A stretch of DNA of 64,000 nucleotides from Azolla caroliniana (Eukaryota; Plantae; Polypodiophyta): the NCBI GenBank assembly GCA_043228905.1, contig JBHGNT010000022.1:7006001-7070000 (forward strand), given 5' to 3'. Below are positions 26,612 through 39,640 of this stretch, piece by piece. Position numbers and translations under genes: made by a program. A model generated the notes under the pieces. The model saw only the letters and a list, made by a program, of their open reading frames with translations, ran no database searches and was not told the origin of the DNA. Numbering within the stretch: position 1 is the first letter of the stretch; the number at the start of each line of letters is the position of its first letter.

Positions 26612-28250
26612 AATGAAATCAGACTCTCCTCTAGAGCGTCGATATTATCTACTTCTCCTTCTTCTTCCAGGATCATCTCGGCCTCACTAGCCTCATCCTC
26701 AGTAATCAGAATGGAGTTGGGGGTTGGAAAAGAATACCAGGACGCGGATTCGTCGAACATGACGTCTCGGTTTACTCGTACTTGTTTGAAGTGGGGGTTG
26801 TACCTTTCTGTTCATGTGACTAGCCGACCAAGATACACTTCTCCAACGTGGTATCCAATTTCTTCCGCTTCTCATCCGGTACATGCACAAATGCAATGCT
26901 ACCGAATACCTTAAGGTGCTTTAAGTTCGGCTTTCGCCCGAAATATAGCTCATGAGGTGGCACCTTCTCTCCGGTTGTCGAAAACTGGATATAAAATACT
27001 GTCCAAACAACTTCGGCCCAATAAAATTTCGGCATGCTCTTGTTCTCCAGCATTGCCCTCACCGCTTCCAGAGCCGAGTGGTTCTTCCTTTCGGCTACGC
27101 CGTTTTGCTCCGGCGTATATCTACAACTGAATTCTCTCTAAATTCCCATCTATTGTAGATAACAGTTGAACTGGCTGGAAAAGTATTCCTTTTCGACATC
27201 TGACCGCAGACACTTGATTTTCTGGTTTGTTTCCCTTTCGACAAGATTTTGCATGTTCTAGAAACAGGAGAAGACCTCGCTCTTCTTCTGTATCAGGTAA
27301 ATCCACGTGTGTCGGCTATAGTCGTCGATGAAGGAGATGAAGTATTGACTCCCACCTAAGCTCACATTCTATGCCGATCCCCACACATCCGAATGTATCA
27401 AGTCAAGCTTGTTGCAACTCTTATTACGCTCGTTGGGGAATGGATGTCGGTGTTGCTTCCCTAGCTGACAAGCTTCACAAACTTCGGCCTTCTAGCCAAT
27501 AAACTTCAGCAAACCGAACACGACTTCTTTCGTTTGCAACTCTTGAAGACTTTGGTAGTTGACGTGGCTGATTCACTTATGCCACAAGTCGATATCCGAT
27601 TCGACTTTTTGTCCCTTCGCAAACATTGCAGTGCCGACGTCATTTGTGTCAAGGATAAACATCCTCCCTTCCCGATTCCCTTGTGGTATGATCTGACCTT
27701 CTTCTTCAATGAAACATCCAAGGTGTATGAACCAGACTTGCATCCCTTGGTCGACAATCTGTCCGACCGACACCAAGTTCTTCGTGATTGTTGGGACGTG
27801 CAAAACGTTCATCAGTCTCCCCTTCTATCCGACATGGCTAAGGGGAACATCACTGACATGCTCGATGGGATGTGAGGTGTTGTAACAAATTTTGACTATC
27901 CCCAGTTGTTCCGGTTTCTCCAAAAAAGAGAACTAGTTCTCTTGGCTCTCCATGTGGTATGACGCTCCGGAATCGACATACCACACCTCTTTCGGTTTCA
28001 AGGTGTTTGTTTTCATCAAGGGCCCTTTCCAGTTCTTGGTCCTTCTGACCCTTCGGTGTAGTGCGAACGTTGTCGATTCCTATGTTCGGCTTTGCTCGAT
28101 CTGGATTTATCGGAATCAACCTTCTTTTTCCAGCACTCGCTTTCTCTATGGGCTTTTTGGCCACAATACCAACATTCTGTTATGGACTTTGCTTGCCAGT
28201 TTCCGGCACCGCCTTGACTCCCCTTGCTTGTGGAGGGTCCGGAACTACTG
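26612..28250 (-). pseudogene. pol: Copia protease/integrase remnant of the host element
   Basis: VLHVPTITKNLVSVGQ, LWHK, RAMLENKSMPKFYWAEVV..LKVFGS, EKRKKLD..KCILVG. Confidence 0.85.
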
Positions 28251-28255
28251 CCAAC

Positions 28256-28741
28256 TGTAAGGAAACAGGTCCCTCCGGATGGGAAGTGAGAAGAACAGTA
28301 CTGATGAGCAAAGGCCGAGGCCGAAACCGGATGAAGAGTACCCAGCTACGGAAGACCCGGTGAGAACCAGATGAAGAGTACCCAACTACGGAAGACCCGG
28401 TGAGAACCGGATGACAAGTACCCGGCAACGGAAAACCCGGTGAGAGCCGGATGTGGTGTACCCGGCAAGCGCCGGATGACGAGTACCCGGCTACGGAGAG
28501 CTGGATGGTGCAGACCCAGTGAGAACCGGATGACGAGTACCCGGCAAGCGCCGGATGATGTAGGCCCGGTGAGGAGTGCTCACCGGATGAAGAGACATAT
28601 TCATAAATATGTTTCTGAGAGTCCATCGTGGCTATATGTGTAAATAGCCGAAAAGTCATATTAGTATAAATATGACTTAGGGCAAACTCTTTTATAGGTG
28701 TGTGGTCATTCTTGTTGTGGCAAGATTATAGCGCAGCCGTG

Positions 28742-28805
<64 letters not shown>

Positions 28806-29083
28806 CGAAGAGTTCGTATCTCTGTTGTAACCGCCGCCTGTGGCGAAGATAGAAAGCTCGAGGTTGTTGCCTCGGTGCTTTACTGTTGTACACTGTAACA
28901 TAGTGATAGTTTGCAGCCTGTGGGCTGCCGTGGTTTTTCCCTAGTTTGGGTTTTCCACGTAAACATCCTGTGTACTCTTCTCTTCACTGTGTCGTGCATT
29001 CATTCTCGTTTATCTTTTTGTGTTTTGATGCTAAGCTCGGTTGTGGATGAGCGTTGCACATAGGGAGCGTGTAGTTCCTGTCA
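28256..29083 (+). mobile_element. Copia solo LTR (828 bp)
   Basis: TG..CA termini; TSD CCAAC 28251-28255/29084-29088; CCGGATGA-type tandem repeats, (AG)n tract and motifs shared with the 58509 LTR. Confidence 0.9.
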
Positions 29084-31699
29084 CCAACATGTCGATTATG
29101 CCTTTGATTATGCTCTTGTCGGCCACCACCATTGCATGCCGATCCACCTTATCCTCCATGACCAAGGGGCTGATCCGCCTCCGTATACAGCAGGGTCGAA
29201 GCATGCTACGGTGTACCAACTTTTGGCCAAAAATTTAGTACTAAATCAGGGAAGAAAATAAACATAAAAAATTGAAAATAAAACAATTAGTGCAAAAAAT
29301 AGTGGATTATCATCCATTGAATGAGGTTCAGGTTCAAATAACAAATTCAATACGAATGTACAAAGATATTATACGTCACAATCGAAATGTCCCAAGGCAG
29401 TATTTAATACATTAATTATAACTTCATTCTCCTAGGTAGAGTTGTACGAAAGCAGACCTGGAGAAGGTTTCAAATGTGTTAGTTGGTCAGTGTCTCTCTC
29501 TCTCTTTGGTATGGGTAGTTGAACGTGTCAGTTGGTCAGTCTCTCTCTCTCTCTCTCTCTCTCTCTTCTGTCTCAAAGTTTTCAGTCAGAAAATGGCAGA
29601 AAGTTAGTAATCAAAACACATATCTATTACCTATCTCTCTCTCACTCCACCTTCAATTCTCTGTTTCCCCGCGTAATTCTTGTTGTGTTCCCTCTGTGCT
29701 TGATTTTTGTTGTTGTTTCCCTACGATCTTTGAACTCTGTATATGCAGAGATTGTTGTTTCCCCTCTATGCTCGTTGTTCTTGTTGTTGATGTGCTTTCT
29801 TTCTGTATGCTCGTTTGTCTCCTCTGCAACAGCCTCGTCAACAACCTCTTGCATATAGGTGATTTTCCCAGCTTGGTGTGCTCCTAAGGTGAAGAAATCA
29901 ACACGGTGTGGTACCTTTGCCTTGACCTTGGCTCCATCTGCCTTCAACCCATCGTTCCATCTGCAACTTGCACGACCTCCAGGTATTCTCTGTGTTGCAT
30001 TTTTAGGGTTTGATAATTCATATTCTATGTGTTGCATGCCCAACTGGTATGTTTTTGTTTTCTTTGTGTTTCCTATCCGTGTGTTTGACATGGATGAGTT
30101 TTTTTCCGACTGTTTAGGGTTAAAGTGTGTTTGACATGGCTTGTAGATGCAACTTACATTGAGTTGACTATGATGATTTGCTGGTTGTTGATGGTATTTT
30201 GATGAGTTTTCTTCTTGTACATGCATATTTTGATGGTATTTTGAAGACTAGGACAATGACGAGAAGGACACCCATAAAGAAGACATTGGTGAAAGAGAAA
30301 GAGAAGACACTAGTGAAGGAAAGAAAAAGCAAGAAGACACCCACAAGAGAAAGGGTGATGAACTCATCAACTCAGAGAAAGAAGATGTGCCACTCCATCA
30401 TTCGAGACACACCTCTCGGATGGAGTTATTTCCTTCGAGCACGACCTGAAGTTTATGAAGAGCTGAGAGAGTGGTTGATAAAAACCTGGGGGTCACCACA
30501 TCCCGATACAAGGCAAGGATTCCACATAAGTGGATTGAAGAAGGAATATGTGAACTTATTGAAGACAAGATATGAACATGTTTATGATAGTAATCAAATT
30601 TGTAACAATGAGGTGGGTATTGTTTTTGCACGTGCATTTGCTTGTGAAGTTTAGGGTGGCATCGACGTAGATTGGGAAGATTTTAATCGTCACCGATCAG
30701 AACATTATAAAGGGTCCTCTAGTACCAACACTGGCTTGAAGTCATCGGGAACCTCTCATGTGGATATTCCGGCTACAACACTTGTCCACCAAGTTCAATT
30801 TGCAAAGCTACAGGCCACAATGACTGAAAAGCATGAATGGATGATGGCCGGTTGCATAGCTTCTATGAGCTCAAGAATACAAACACTACTTGCTGATTTG
30901 GAAGTAGTTAAATCAGCTGAGATATAGGTAGAAAAGAAATTCTCTTCAATAAAGATTACATATGAATGGATTGCATCGACAATCCAAAATTCAGAAAATG
31001 AGGTGTTGAAAGAGGAGTTGAAGAAAGAGTTGAACAATATGGGCACTCAATTAGGATCACAAATGAGAGACCTTGATACTTGCAGAATTTCACATTGTGA
31101 ACTAGATAATAAGTGGACAACTTTAAAGTTGCATTCTGAGAACCTTGCGTGCTTGATGTAGGATTTAAAACGAAAAGGTTTTGAAACTTTGTGTCCATAT
31201 GTAATTGAGCACCCAAGTGGTATGGAAAGTACCATTACTAGTATAGCTATATCACGGTATTTGCTTTAAAAGTTATTTATTTCTACTTCTGTGGTATAAA
31301 TATCATATTAGCTAATATATTGTAACTTGTGTTTGCAATCTGCCAGGTGTATATTTTGTGGCCTCGGATTCTAGCTTGAGGCTATGGATGTTGTGATTAC
31401 ACCGTGCTTGCACACATATCATATGCTATGTGCTAAGTATCATTTTGAGAAAGAGAATACATGCATGGACTGTAAAACTACAGTTGCTGTTGAGTGGTAC
31501 TATGCTTGGGGTTTAAAAGTACACCTGTACGGTATGTGGCTGTACTATTCTATTGTTTGTACTATATTATGTCAATTTACATTTGGATTAGAACTAGTGA
31601 ACGCCACAATTCAAACTTCAAATTTAGGAAAACAATGGATTAGTACTAGTGTAGCTCCAACAACTAATATGTGGAACCCTATTTATGTGGGTTAGTATT

Positions 31700-32640
31700 G
31701 GCAGTACTCTTAATATATAATTGGTATGGGTAGTTGAATGGATATTTTGCAGAATTAGTACTATTTGAGTAATTCGGGAACCAGGTGTGACATTGTTCGG
31801 GATTGGTACTAGTTATGTAGTTTGAGCACAAGGTATGTAGTACATTGTGAACGATTAGTAATAAACCTGTAATTTAGGAATTAGGAGTGTAGAACACATA
31901 TCATGATTAGTACTACTTGGATGCAAAATACCAATTTAATACTAAAGAAGGAAGTTGTTTAGATGTATTTGTTGAATAAGTTGTTCGTCCAATCTATATT
32001 ACAACTTGCCTAGTGCTAGTTTAGTACACACTATACTTGTAGTACATTGTTGACTATTAGTACTATTTGTGTAATTTGGGAATTAGTTGTGTAGTACATT
32101 GTTCACGATTAGTACTAGTTATGTAATTTGGGAACAAGGTGTATGGTAAATTGTTGAAGATTAGTACAGTTTGTGTAATTTGGAAACGAGGTGTGTCAAA
32201 CACATATCAAGTTTAGTACTAATATTGTTGAAGATTAATACTGTTGGTGTAATTAGTACTAGTTATGTAATTAGGTGTGTAGAACACATATCATGTTTAG
32301 TATTACTTGTGTGCAAAATATCATGTTAGTACTAAAGTCCAATCTACATTTGTTGGATTAGATGCTAGTCCAATCTATATTACAATGTGCCTAGTACTAG
32401 TGTTAGTACACACTATACTTGTAGTACATTGTTGACGATTAGTACTACTTGTGTAATTTCGGAACTGAGTAGTACATTGTTGACGATTAGTACTAGTTGT
32501 GTAATTTGGGAACTAAGTGAGTAGTACATTGTTCATGATTAGTATTAGTTGTGTAATTTGGGAACTAAGTGAGTAATAAATTGTTCACGATTAGTACTAG
32601 ATGTGTAATATGGGAACTAGGTGTAGCCTAATGATTTAGT
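31700..32640. repeat. Degenerate tandem array rich in TAGTACT/AGTACA (presumed intron of the accessory gene)
   Basis: Recurring GATTAGTACTAGTTGTGTAATTTGGGAAC..GTAGTACATTGTT units of ~50-57 bp. Confidence 0.85.
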
Positions 32641-33759
32641 AATGCAGTTCTTGTGACCTACATTGTATTTTTTATATCACGGTACTAATGTTGAAGGTTT
32701 TTTTGTTTCTTGCAATGAATGTTGTAGTGTCAAGCAACTCCACGCCAAGGAAAGTAATGGAACAACCAGCCCCTGTGCCTAAACCCTCAGTATCTGCTGC
32801 ACATTCCAAGGTTCAGGGACCATCATTACCAGTAACCTATGAGTTTTATGATGAAGATGAACGTATGAGAAGGGCCATTGGAGCAGTGGAACATATGCTT
32901 CTACAAACAAATTCCCCAAGCTCCAGTCAACATCAAAACAATCCAGGTAACACAAATTCAGTTAGCATATCTTAATTCTCAGTTGTGTGTATGTTGAATG
33001 CCTAATGTCTTTAAAAAAGAGCCCACTAAGAAGAGGAATGTTGCAAGAAAGTTGTATGGAAAGGGCAAGAAAGGCAGAGTTGAATGCAATGGTGAGTCAT
33101 ATATGTTCTCACCTGTCCGGAGAGTTGTCAACCTAATGCATTGTCTAATACCATGTATTTGTGTTACTAGCTGATGACGAAATGATCTTTGGTGAGGGAG
33201 ATACGAGTCCAAAACCTGATCATGAAGACGAATTTATCACACTCCCAGGTACACGTCAAAAGCCCTCTAAGAAAACAATGATTTAGATCATAACTACCCT
33301 ATTATAGTGGTGCTTTTGGTGCATTCTATAGATACTATTATGAAATCTTCTATTGACAATGAGCTCCAACCTGTTGAACACTTAGATGTTGTGGACAAGA
33401 TGACCGAATCTACCACTTGCAATGGGTTGTCTACGGCTATACATTATGACGATGTAACAATAGGTAAAAATGTGGCTATTAACCTTATGTTCATTGTTGT
33501 TGGTATGTTTGCAAAATTTTGAGTATGTGAGTTGATACTAATATTCTCTGGAATCCCATTATTTAGGTTTACAAGTGCAGTTTGATTCCCAACTGCAATC
33601 AAATGAATCGGGAACTATATGGAGCACAAGTGCAAAGTCAGATTCTGGGATTAACCTTTGCACGGAGGCAGACTCTGGGAGCACATCTTCCACACATGAG
33701 GAATGTGAAAAAAAGGAAGCGTTCTTATTTGAAGAGCAGCTGGCATGTACAAACAACAA

Positions 33760-34100
33760 TTTGTCTAAAGAATCCCATGAGGAGTGTGGAAAGAATAATG
33801 CTAGTACTGAAGAGGAGCCTAATTGTACCGAGAATGTGCTAGTAGTGTCTAAAGAATCCCATGAGGAGTGTGAAAAGAATATCGCTAGTACTGAAGAGGA
33901 GCCTGATTGTACCGAGAATGTGCTAGTAGTTTCTATAGAAGCCCATGAGGAGTGTGGAAAGAATATAGCTAGTAATGAAGAGGAGCCTGATTGTATTGAG
34001 AATGTTCTAGTAGTGTCTATAGAAGCCCATGAGGAGTGTGGAAATAATATAGAAGCCCATGAAGAGGAGCCTGATTGTACTAAGAACGAGCATACTAGCA
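33760..34100 (+). repeat. 84-bp (28-aa) coding tandem repeat, about 4 copies
   Basis: SKESHEECGKNNASTEEEPNCTENVLVV-type unit repeated in ORF 33575-34225. Confidence 0.9.
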
Positions 34101-34559
34101 TCACCCATGAGGACCAGGCAATAAAGACCACCCAAGAAGGGCGGCATGGTGGTCTTAAGAATGAGGTGACTATCACCAACAGGAGCTTAATTGTACTGAG
34201 AATGAGCATACTAGCAACAACATGAGTACTAAAACAACCCACATACATGAGATGAGTGATAATTTGACTATCAACAGTACCTTTGTGGATGTGTGTACAA
34301 GCATTGCAATTGCAGAAAACACAGTTTCTCTCTCAAGCTTGCCACTGGTACAAGGTGCCCGTACATCCACACCTGTCTCTGATGCCTCTGATGATGAAGT
34401 GCCACTTAGTACACTGATACCTAAAGGCTTTAAGATAAAGAAGAATGTAAAATCACAAAAAACTGGCACCAATAACAAGTGCATTACAAGATTGGGGAAA
34501 TTGTGAAATGGTGCCTGATTGTCTTTCGATTGTACTTCAACTATAGCTGAACTGTTAGT

Positions 34560-34990
34560 GATGTCTGAACTTGAACTATTTGGTATACCAAAATACTGTC
34601 TAAATTGCTAATGTGAAATGTTGTACTGACTCCAGTTCACTCATCTAGTGTTGTTAACGTAATGTGAAAGTCTATATTGCCAATTGCAGAGAATGAGAAT
34701 GTATTCTATTGTTAATTGTCATGCAACCATGATTGTGTTGAACTGCAACTGAATTGTTACCAGCGTACTGTCTAAATTGCCCCTGTGAAATGTTGTGAAG
34801 ATCAGACCAACCATCTAGTGTTGTAGTGTAATGTGAAATTCTATATTGCTAATTGTAGAGAATGAGATTTTATTCTATTGTCAATTGTCATGCAACCATG
34901 ATTGTGTTGATTACAAATAAAATTCTATATTGCTAATTGTAGAGAATAAGATTTTATTCTATTGTCAATTTGTCATGCAACCATGAATGT
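34560..34990. repeat. Local tandem duplications between the convergent 3' ends
   Basis: CTATATTGC.AATTG.AGAGAAT.AGA.T.TATTCTATTGT..ATTGTCATGCAACCATGA occurs three times. Confidence 0.8.
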
Positions 34991-35472
34991 AGTATGGAAC
35001 ACTTTGACATTCACATTCGTACATAAAATAAGATGTATGTATCCGTCTAACTGAGATACTTCGGGAGACTACTATGTATTAGTGAACACTTACAATTGAC
35101 ATTAGTACTAAACTAATATGTATATTGATACTTGCAAAGTATGGTCTCCTTGAGTGCACATAGTCAGAGTCGAATAGAGACTTAACACAATAGGGATTAG
35201 ACTACTGGTATTGATAGTTGAATAAGTTTGGGCCATATTGATGCTGCTAAGTATTGAAGACTTCACACCCTAAACCATAGAAACAAGCAACTCTATATTT
35301 ACCATGAACACTTACAAAACAAGCTCAATAAATACTCTAAACACTTTAGAAGAAAGACGAAATATATCGATTCATTTGTCAATCATCAAAATTAATATAT
35401 CAATATATCAAATAGTGAACTACAAGCGGATATTTTTCAGTTGCCAACTATAATGTATTAATAGGGTAACTT

Positions 35473-38400
35473 TCAAGCATTAAACAGAGAGACCTCCCCT
35501 AATATGTGCTCATGAACCTCTTGGGGGACCTTGTAGACAATGTTGTATCCCTTAACCTTGTGCTTTTCTTGAGTCATATTGAACTTGATCGCAAGAATGG
35601 CAGCAGTGTAGATTATTGTGATGGGTGCATCTTTTAGTAATGCATATATGTGTTCTTGCATTGCAGCAACTTTGCATAATAGTTTCCATACACGACAGAC
35701 TCACCAACGTTGAACATGTTGCCCCAGCCATCCGTCACCACTTCTTTCGATAATGTCTTTCCTTGCTTGCACACCACAATATAGTAGCCTTCTAAATCTT
35801 CATTTTGAGGAGATTTGAGCACCGCAAAATTATCTCAAACTTCCAATAAAACTACCAAGTCTTGATGTTGGTTGTAGTATACAATATCGTTTGAATGTGC
35901 ATCCTCTTCAATATCATCTTGTCGTTCAAGCTCGAGCTTCTGCAACTTCTAGGGCTCCACGATTGATAGGTTGATGCATTTTTCCCAAGCTTCGTCTATA
36001 CACATGGAACAAAAGCATGATAAAGTACAGAGTAACAATTGTGTTGTGTCCTTGCGGCTAAAAACTAATACACAATGGGTGCTTTGTGTGCCTTTCACGG
36101 TTTTACAACCATATGATTTAGTTCTATCGACCTCATTAGTGCGAACCTCAACAAACAATCTATTCTTACCATCATTTGACATCTTCCATGTTAGCCACTC
36201 CACAACATCATGTGCATTTTGTAACTTAGCACCATTATTATCCAACTGCTCACTTGTAAGGGCACGTTTGATCATAGCCCCCGAGCCATCATGCTCTCCT
36301 TTTCCATGTCCAGACCCGAAGTAGTTCCATTGCATACGAATGTTGAATAAGGAGAAGTATCTGCTTTTGTATCCCAGGTTTCCAACAAACATTAGTACTA
36401 TGTTGTCAATTGAGAGTACTATACATCCATTAATATTGATTTAGTACAAATACAAAACAAAGCATAGCACAACGTATCCATGGAGAACACTATACACTAA
36501 TTAAATGATAAATAGTACTATGTTGTCAACCATCTGTACTTAGCATCCATTAACGGATACAACACAAAGCATAGTACAATGTGTTCATGCAAAACACTCT
36601 ACATGTATTAAAAGATAATTAGTACAAACTGTTCAATATTGGACAGTACTATGTTATTGACGATGAGTACTTTACATCCATTAATACTGATTTAGTACAG
36701 ATAAAACACATAGTATAGTACAATGTGTCCATGGAGAACACAACATGGATTAGATAATTAGTACAAACTCTTCAATATAGGATAGTACTATCAGTACAAG
36801 ACATGTACTTTACATCCTTCAATAAATACTGATTTAGTACAGATACAACACATAGTACAATACAGTGTGTCCATGGAGAACACTCAACATGGATTAAAAG
36901 ATAATTAGTACTAACTCTTAAGGACGGACAATACTATGAGTACAAGAAGACTATGAGTACAAGACGAGTACTTTACATCCTTCAATAAATACTGATTTAG
37001 TACAGATACAACACACAATACAATACAATGTGTCCATGGAGAGCACTCAACATGGACTAAAAGATACTTAGTACAAACTCTTAAGAATGGCCAATATTAT
37101 GAGTACAAGATGAGTACTTTACATCCTTCAATAAATACTGATTTAGTACAGATATAACACACAACACAGTACAATGTGTCTATGGAGAACACTTCACATG
37201 GATTAAAAGATAATAAACACAGATCCACGTGACATGATGGTACTATGTGATCAATCAAGAACACTTAACATAGTTACAAACATAATTAGTATGCATGCAT
37301 CCATTTGAATAGTACTGTGTTTGAATAGTTACAAACATAATTAGTATGCATGCACTAACACAAGATTTACTTCCTTAGACATTGCATTATAAGTACTAAA
37401 CATATGGATTAAAAATTACCTGGCGATAAAGTAGAACGATCGTGTTGCCTTAAACTGCAAGGCAACACCATCAGACCAAACCCAATGACGGTTAAAGGTA
37501 AACCCTAGAGACAATAAATATGCATGGTGAAGCTTAAAACAATGTTGAACAAATAGTGTATCATGCTTTTTATCATCTGAAATGTAAAATATTGATTTCT
37601 TATGTAACTCACCGTCTTGTCTCCAATAGCAAATATGTACAAGTATTGTACATTGATCATTGTACCAATGCATTCATTGAACCTCATTTTGAATTTTAAA
37701 TGTATAGTTTTCTGCAAAGTCAATAATAGATACGATGACACCCGTGGGTAAGTTATTAATACATTCCTTGAACTGTGAATTTTGCCAATAACTCCGGAAG
37801 TTATGTGGAATGAACTCCCCAAGTTGTTTCTTAAATTCTAAGACAAGGGTAGCAACACATGTCTCCTTATATACTTCCTTGATACGCTTAGTTACAAGTC
37901 CCTGGCCAATATTTTCAGTCACATACTCTAAATATTTCCATTTCACAACATGACTGTTTCCCAAATCAAGCTCCTGCCTACAAAATAATGGTAGCGGACA
38001 AACCTTACATGTTCTTAAAAGACATGTATGATGATGCCACTCACATGATGGTTCTTTTTCACAAACACAAGACCTCCATAACTCAGAAACGAATGCATAA
38101 GTCATGTTTCGTGCATTACACCTATTATCCTCCCCATTCGGTCTACAAACCTCACAAGTGCAGACACATAATTGCCCGTGTATACCCTTAGAATCGGTAC
38201 GCATTGCATTCACTCCAAGCCTTAACATGTCCAACTTCACATGGTACACACAACAACATGTATTCCTCTCATTTAATTTTCTAACATAATATGGTTTCAA
38301 ACCTTGGAACTTGCGGAATCCAACAGTCAAGCTTGGATGTTGGTCTTTAAAGTTCATGTACAATTCAGCCTACATCAACCAATATATATAGCAAACATTA

Positions 38401-39082
38401 ATATACACTTGGTCAAAACAAAAATTTATGGAATGTGAATTGATATAAAAAAATGGAATACCTCCATCATCTCCAAGAAGTGTCTAGGGTGAATCTGGTA
38501 CTTACCCTGACTTATTCGTTTTCTACACACGTCCTTCTTATTTGGCGAGACACGCGTATTTTTTGCCCAAAATGGATCCACTTTCTCAATATTCTCTTGA
38601 GATAAGACATCACATCGTCGTCTACGTCCCAACCCCAGTCACTTGAATTGGCTTGAGTGTATATTTTGGCGATGTTTCCTCAAGTTCCTTCTTTGAATAC
38701 CCAGGGCTAAGGCAACTTTAGTATCACTATATTTTTTTTCTCTCACACCGTTCACAACCATGTGTAGGGCTGCCCTCTTTGCAGCAAGTTAGTCTATGCT
38801 CTCTACACCTTTCACTAAGTCTAGGGATGACTTCATAGACTCTACAATCTCTTCTGAAACACATTGGTTCCTAAATTTTATTCTCCCCATGTCTTCATTC
38901 AAACGTTGATGGTGTAACACTCTACATATAATATCCCTACGATCCCCAAATCTCTTTGTTATTTCTACCAAATAACGGACTATGTGAAGAACCACTCGTC
39001 TCTTGGTCCTTTCCGATATACATGAGTTACTTGACAACTCACTCTCGTTGGGGATCCCCATTTGGTCACTAGATTTATCCAA
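35473..39082 (-). pseudogene. Intron-containing DDD transposase (Sola2-like) with stops and frameshifts
   Basis: Triad SIIDFAENY / WSDG..QFK / GSGHGKGEHDG; Cys-rich CCCVYH upstream and SCFCSMC downstream; frame-preserving GT-AG introns 38370-38461 and 36361-37419. Confidence 0.85.
36400..37350. repeat. AGTACT/AGTACA-rich tandem array filling the transposase intron
   Basis: Repeated GAGTACTTTACATCC..ATACTGATTTAGTACAGATACAACAC..TGTGTCCATGGAGAACAC units of ~130-160 bp. Confidence 0.85.
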
Positions 39083-39300
39083 AAAAATTAAGTGTCTTGC
39101 GAGAGTAGTTAATGTTATATAGACTACACTAAGAAATCACAATAAAATGTTTTTAAATGCGGCCTACAAAGTGAGAAATAATTAATTTCGGACATTAGAA
39201 TTACGAATCAAAGATGACAATTAGCATTTCTTTATTCACAAATTTCTAAAAATGAAAAAATTTAGAACTGAAAATGAAAAAATAGTTTTGAAATTTAGTA

Positions 39301-39640
39301 CTAGAAAGGAACCTCCAATGGTGGAGGGAGCGTTGTATCTGTGTGATATGCCGCCTCGATTTGGTGGAAGGAACCTCCAATGGTGGAGGGAGCGTTAAAT
39401 ATGTGTGATATGCCGCCTCGATTTGGTGGAATGAGCCTCCAATGGTGGAAGGAGCCTTGAATTTGTGTGATATGTCGCCTCGATTTGTTGGAAGGAACCT
39501 CCAATGGTGGAGGGAGCATTAAATCTGTGTGATCTGCTACCTCGATTTTGTGGAATGAACCTCCAATGGTGGAGGGAGCCTTGAATCTGTGTGATATGTC
39601 GCCTCGATTCAGTGGAAGGATCCTCGCCTTGGTGGAAAAA
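39301..39640. repeat. ~62-bp tandem repeat, about 5.5 copies, upstream of the transposase ORF
   Basis: GGAAGGAACCTCCAATGGTGGAGGGAGC..TGTGTGATATGCCGCCTCGATTTGGT units. Confidence 0.9.

Larger units (their letters stand above)
30256..34506 (+). pseudogene. Transposon-borne accessory gene: unknown N-domain, coiled coil, RING-H2 finger, acidic repeats
   Basis: One frame 30256-31256 with three TAG stops; GT-AG intron 31257-31346; next exon CIFC-x15-CLHTYHMLC-x10-CMDC (C3H2C3, one TAG). Probable later exons ~32730-32950 and 33570-34506 are less certain. Confidence 0.7.

Noticed and set aside
29200-29215. TA target duplication with CGGTG..CACCG termini (Tc1/mariner-like reading)
   Set aside because: The inverted repeat extends 16 bp further out, and only the AGCA 4-bp TSD restores the host gag frame.
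33559-34248. 229-aa hydrophobic minus-strand ORF (membrane or env-like)
   Set aside because: Antisense of the acidic 84-bp coding repeat.
39301-39640. CRISPR-like periodic array
   Set aside because: Whole units repeat with no unique spacers, there are no cas genes, and the context is eukaryotic TE.
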